From positions 66,613-130,612 of the forward strand of contig CDMY01000298.1 of the NCBI GenBank assembly GCA_001179505.1: a stretch of 64,000 nt of DNA, given 5' to 3'. Shown here in pieces: positions 62,970 through 64,000 of the stretch; position 1 is the first letter of the stretch; each line of letters opens with the position of its first letter. Source of the DNA: Vitrella brassicaformis CCMP3155 (lineage: Eukaryota > Protista > Chromerida). The notes beneath the pieces are model-generated. The model did no database searches, had not been told where the DNA came from, and was given only the letters and a program-made list of their open reading frames with translations. The position numbers were made by a program, and so were the translations under genes.

Positions 62970-64000
62970 AGGTGCCTGATGCCCCTCAACTGGGCAAAGG
63001 GGGACGATCCGCTGGGGGTCGTGCAAGGAGGAAGAGATTGCTGCCTTCATTTTATATTCGATGGATGGCTTTTGTTCAAAAACCCCGCCCAACATCGTTT
63101 TCCATCCCATCAATGTGAGCACAATCAGAGAGGGTGGCAGACTCAAGAGTCAGGGGGCGGCATGCTGTCGTCTGTAGACACAGGAGCTCCAAGACAGAAG
63201 CAAAATCTCCCAGGTCAGTGGGACGCCTATCCACAGCCGTCATTCCGTGCATGTGTGTATGTGTCTCCCTTTCTGTCCGTCCGTGTATGTCTTCAGCCGA
63301 TGATGCGGCACAGGCCTAGTTCCTCTTCGCCACGCCATTCCTCGCCTGCGGGAATGGGCAGCGGCTGGGAAACAACGAGACGACCACGGCCATCGAGGTG
63401 TGCGAGGCCGATCTGCCGCCCGACCACGCCCTGATAATGACGGTGCCCCTCTTCCCCCCCGGCCCCCCCACCAGCAACTCGGTGCTGCCGCTGCTCGACC
63501 AGCGCAAGCCGCTGCTGATGCAGCAGCACGGCCTCCACACCGAGGAGGAGTGGGCGGCGTGGCGGGCCGAGAAGGCCAGCAAGTCGGGGCTGGACCTCGA
63601 CGACAGCCGGGAAGTGTGCAGGGCGCTGCAGGTGGTGGGGGTGGAGGGAGTGGAGCAGGAGGTGGCGCGAGTGGTGATGATTAAGGACATGTTTGACAAA
63701 TTCATGATGATGCGTGAGGTGAGTCACATACATACATGAGAGGGGAGATGACAGACGGAGGGAGATGCGCTCATCTGTCTTGTCTCTGCGTCGGTGTGTG
63801 TGCAGACGAGGGTGCCGCTGGTGGATGACGAGTATCGCAGCGCCCTCTCCAGCGCCACAGCCGCGGAGGACATCTTGGCGGCCGGGATGGAGCGGGCCAG
63901 GGGCGGCAGCAGCGGCAAGACATTCGTGTGGGGGGACCTCACGCCATCCAACGCCTTGGTCGCCATCAGCAGATACGAGCTGGCGCTCAAGGCCGGGGGC
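62970..64000 (+). CDS. Hypothetical protein, truncated at the window end; weak resemblance to SET/Rubisco-LSMT substrate-binding domain proteins
   Basis: Codon-biased exons FLFATPFLACG...LLDQRKPLLMQQHGL...VCRALQVVG...DKFMMMRE and TRVPLVDDEYRSAL...ELALKAGG. The TAG at 63317-63319 is either a splice acceptor or a premature stop. Confidence 0.45.

Overview
GC-rich eukaryotic genomic DNA with dense, multi-exon genes and short GT-AG introns full of (CA)n, (GACA)n and (GGAT)n microsatellites. The style and one lineage-specific gene family suggest the chromerid alveolate Vitrella brassicaformis (inference). Recognisable conserved genes are the SP-RING SUMO ligase NSE2/MMS21, the GPN-loop GTPase GPN3, the diflavin reductase NDOR1 and a THH1/TOM1/TOM3-type multi-pass membrane protein, the last in two partly mis-scaffolded copies around two 300-N gaps. 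The more unusual content is: (i) an inverted, tail-to-tail paralog pair (41.6-53.9 kb) that shares an unknown domain and a SAM-like domain but ends in two different RRM modules, with one copy disabled; (ii) an intron-containing, signal-anchored member of the bacterial Cj0069-like ATP-grasp family; (iii) a large, divergent PUF-repeat protein with non-canonical base-recognition residues and an RGG tail; (iv) two kinds of pseudokinase; (v) several recently disabled family members. All exon models were assembled by eye from splice signals and the ORF track. No database searches were run, so family assignments rest on recalled motifs.
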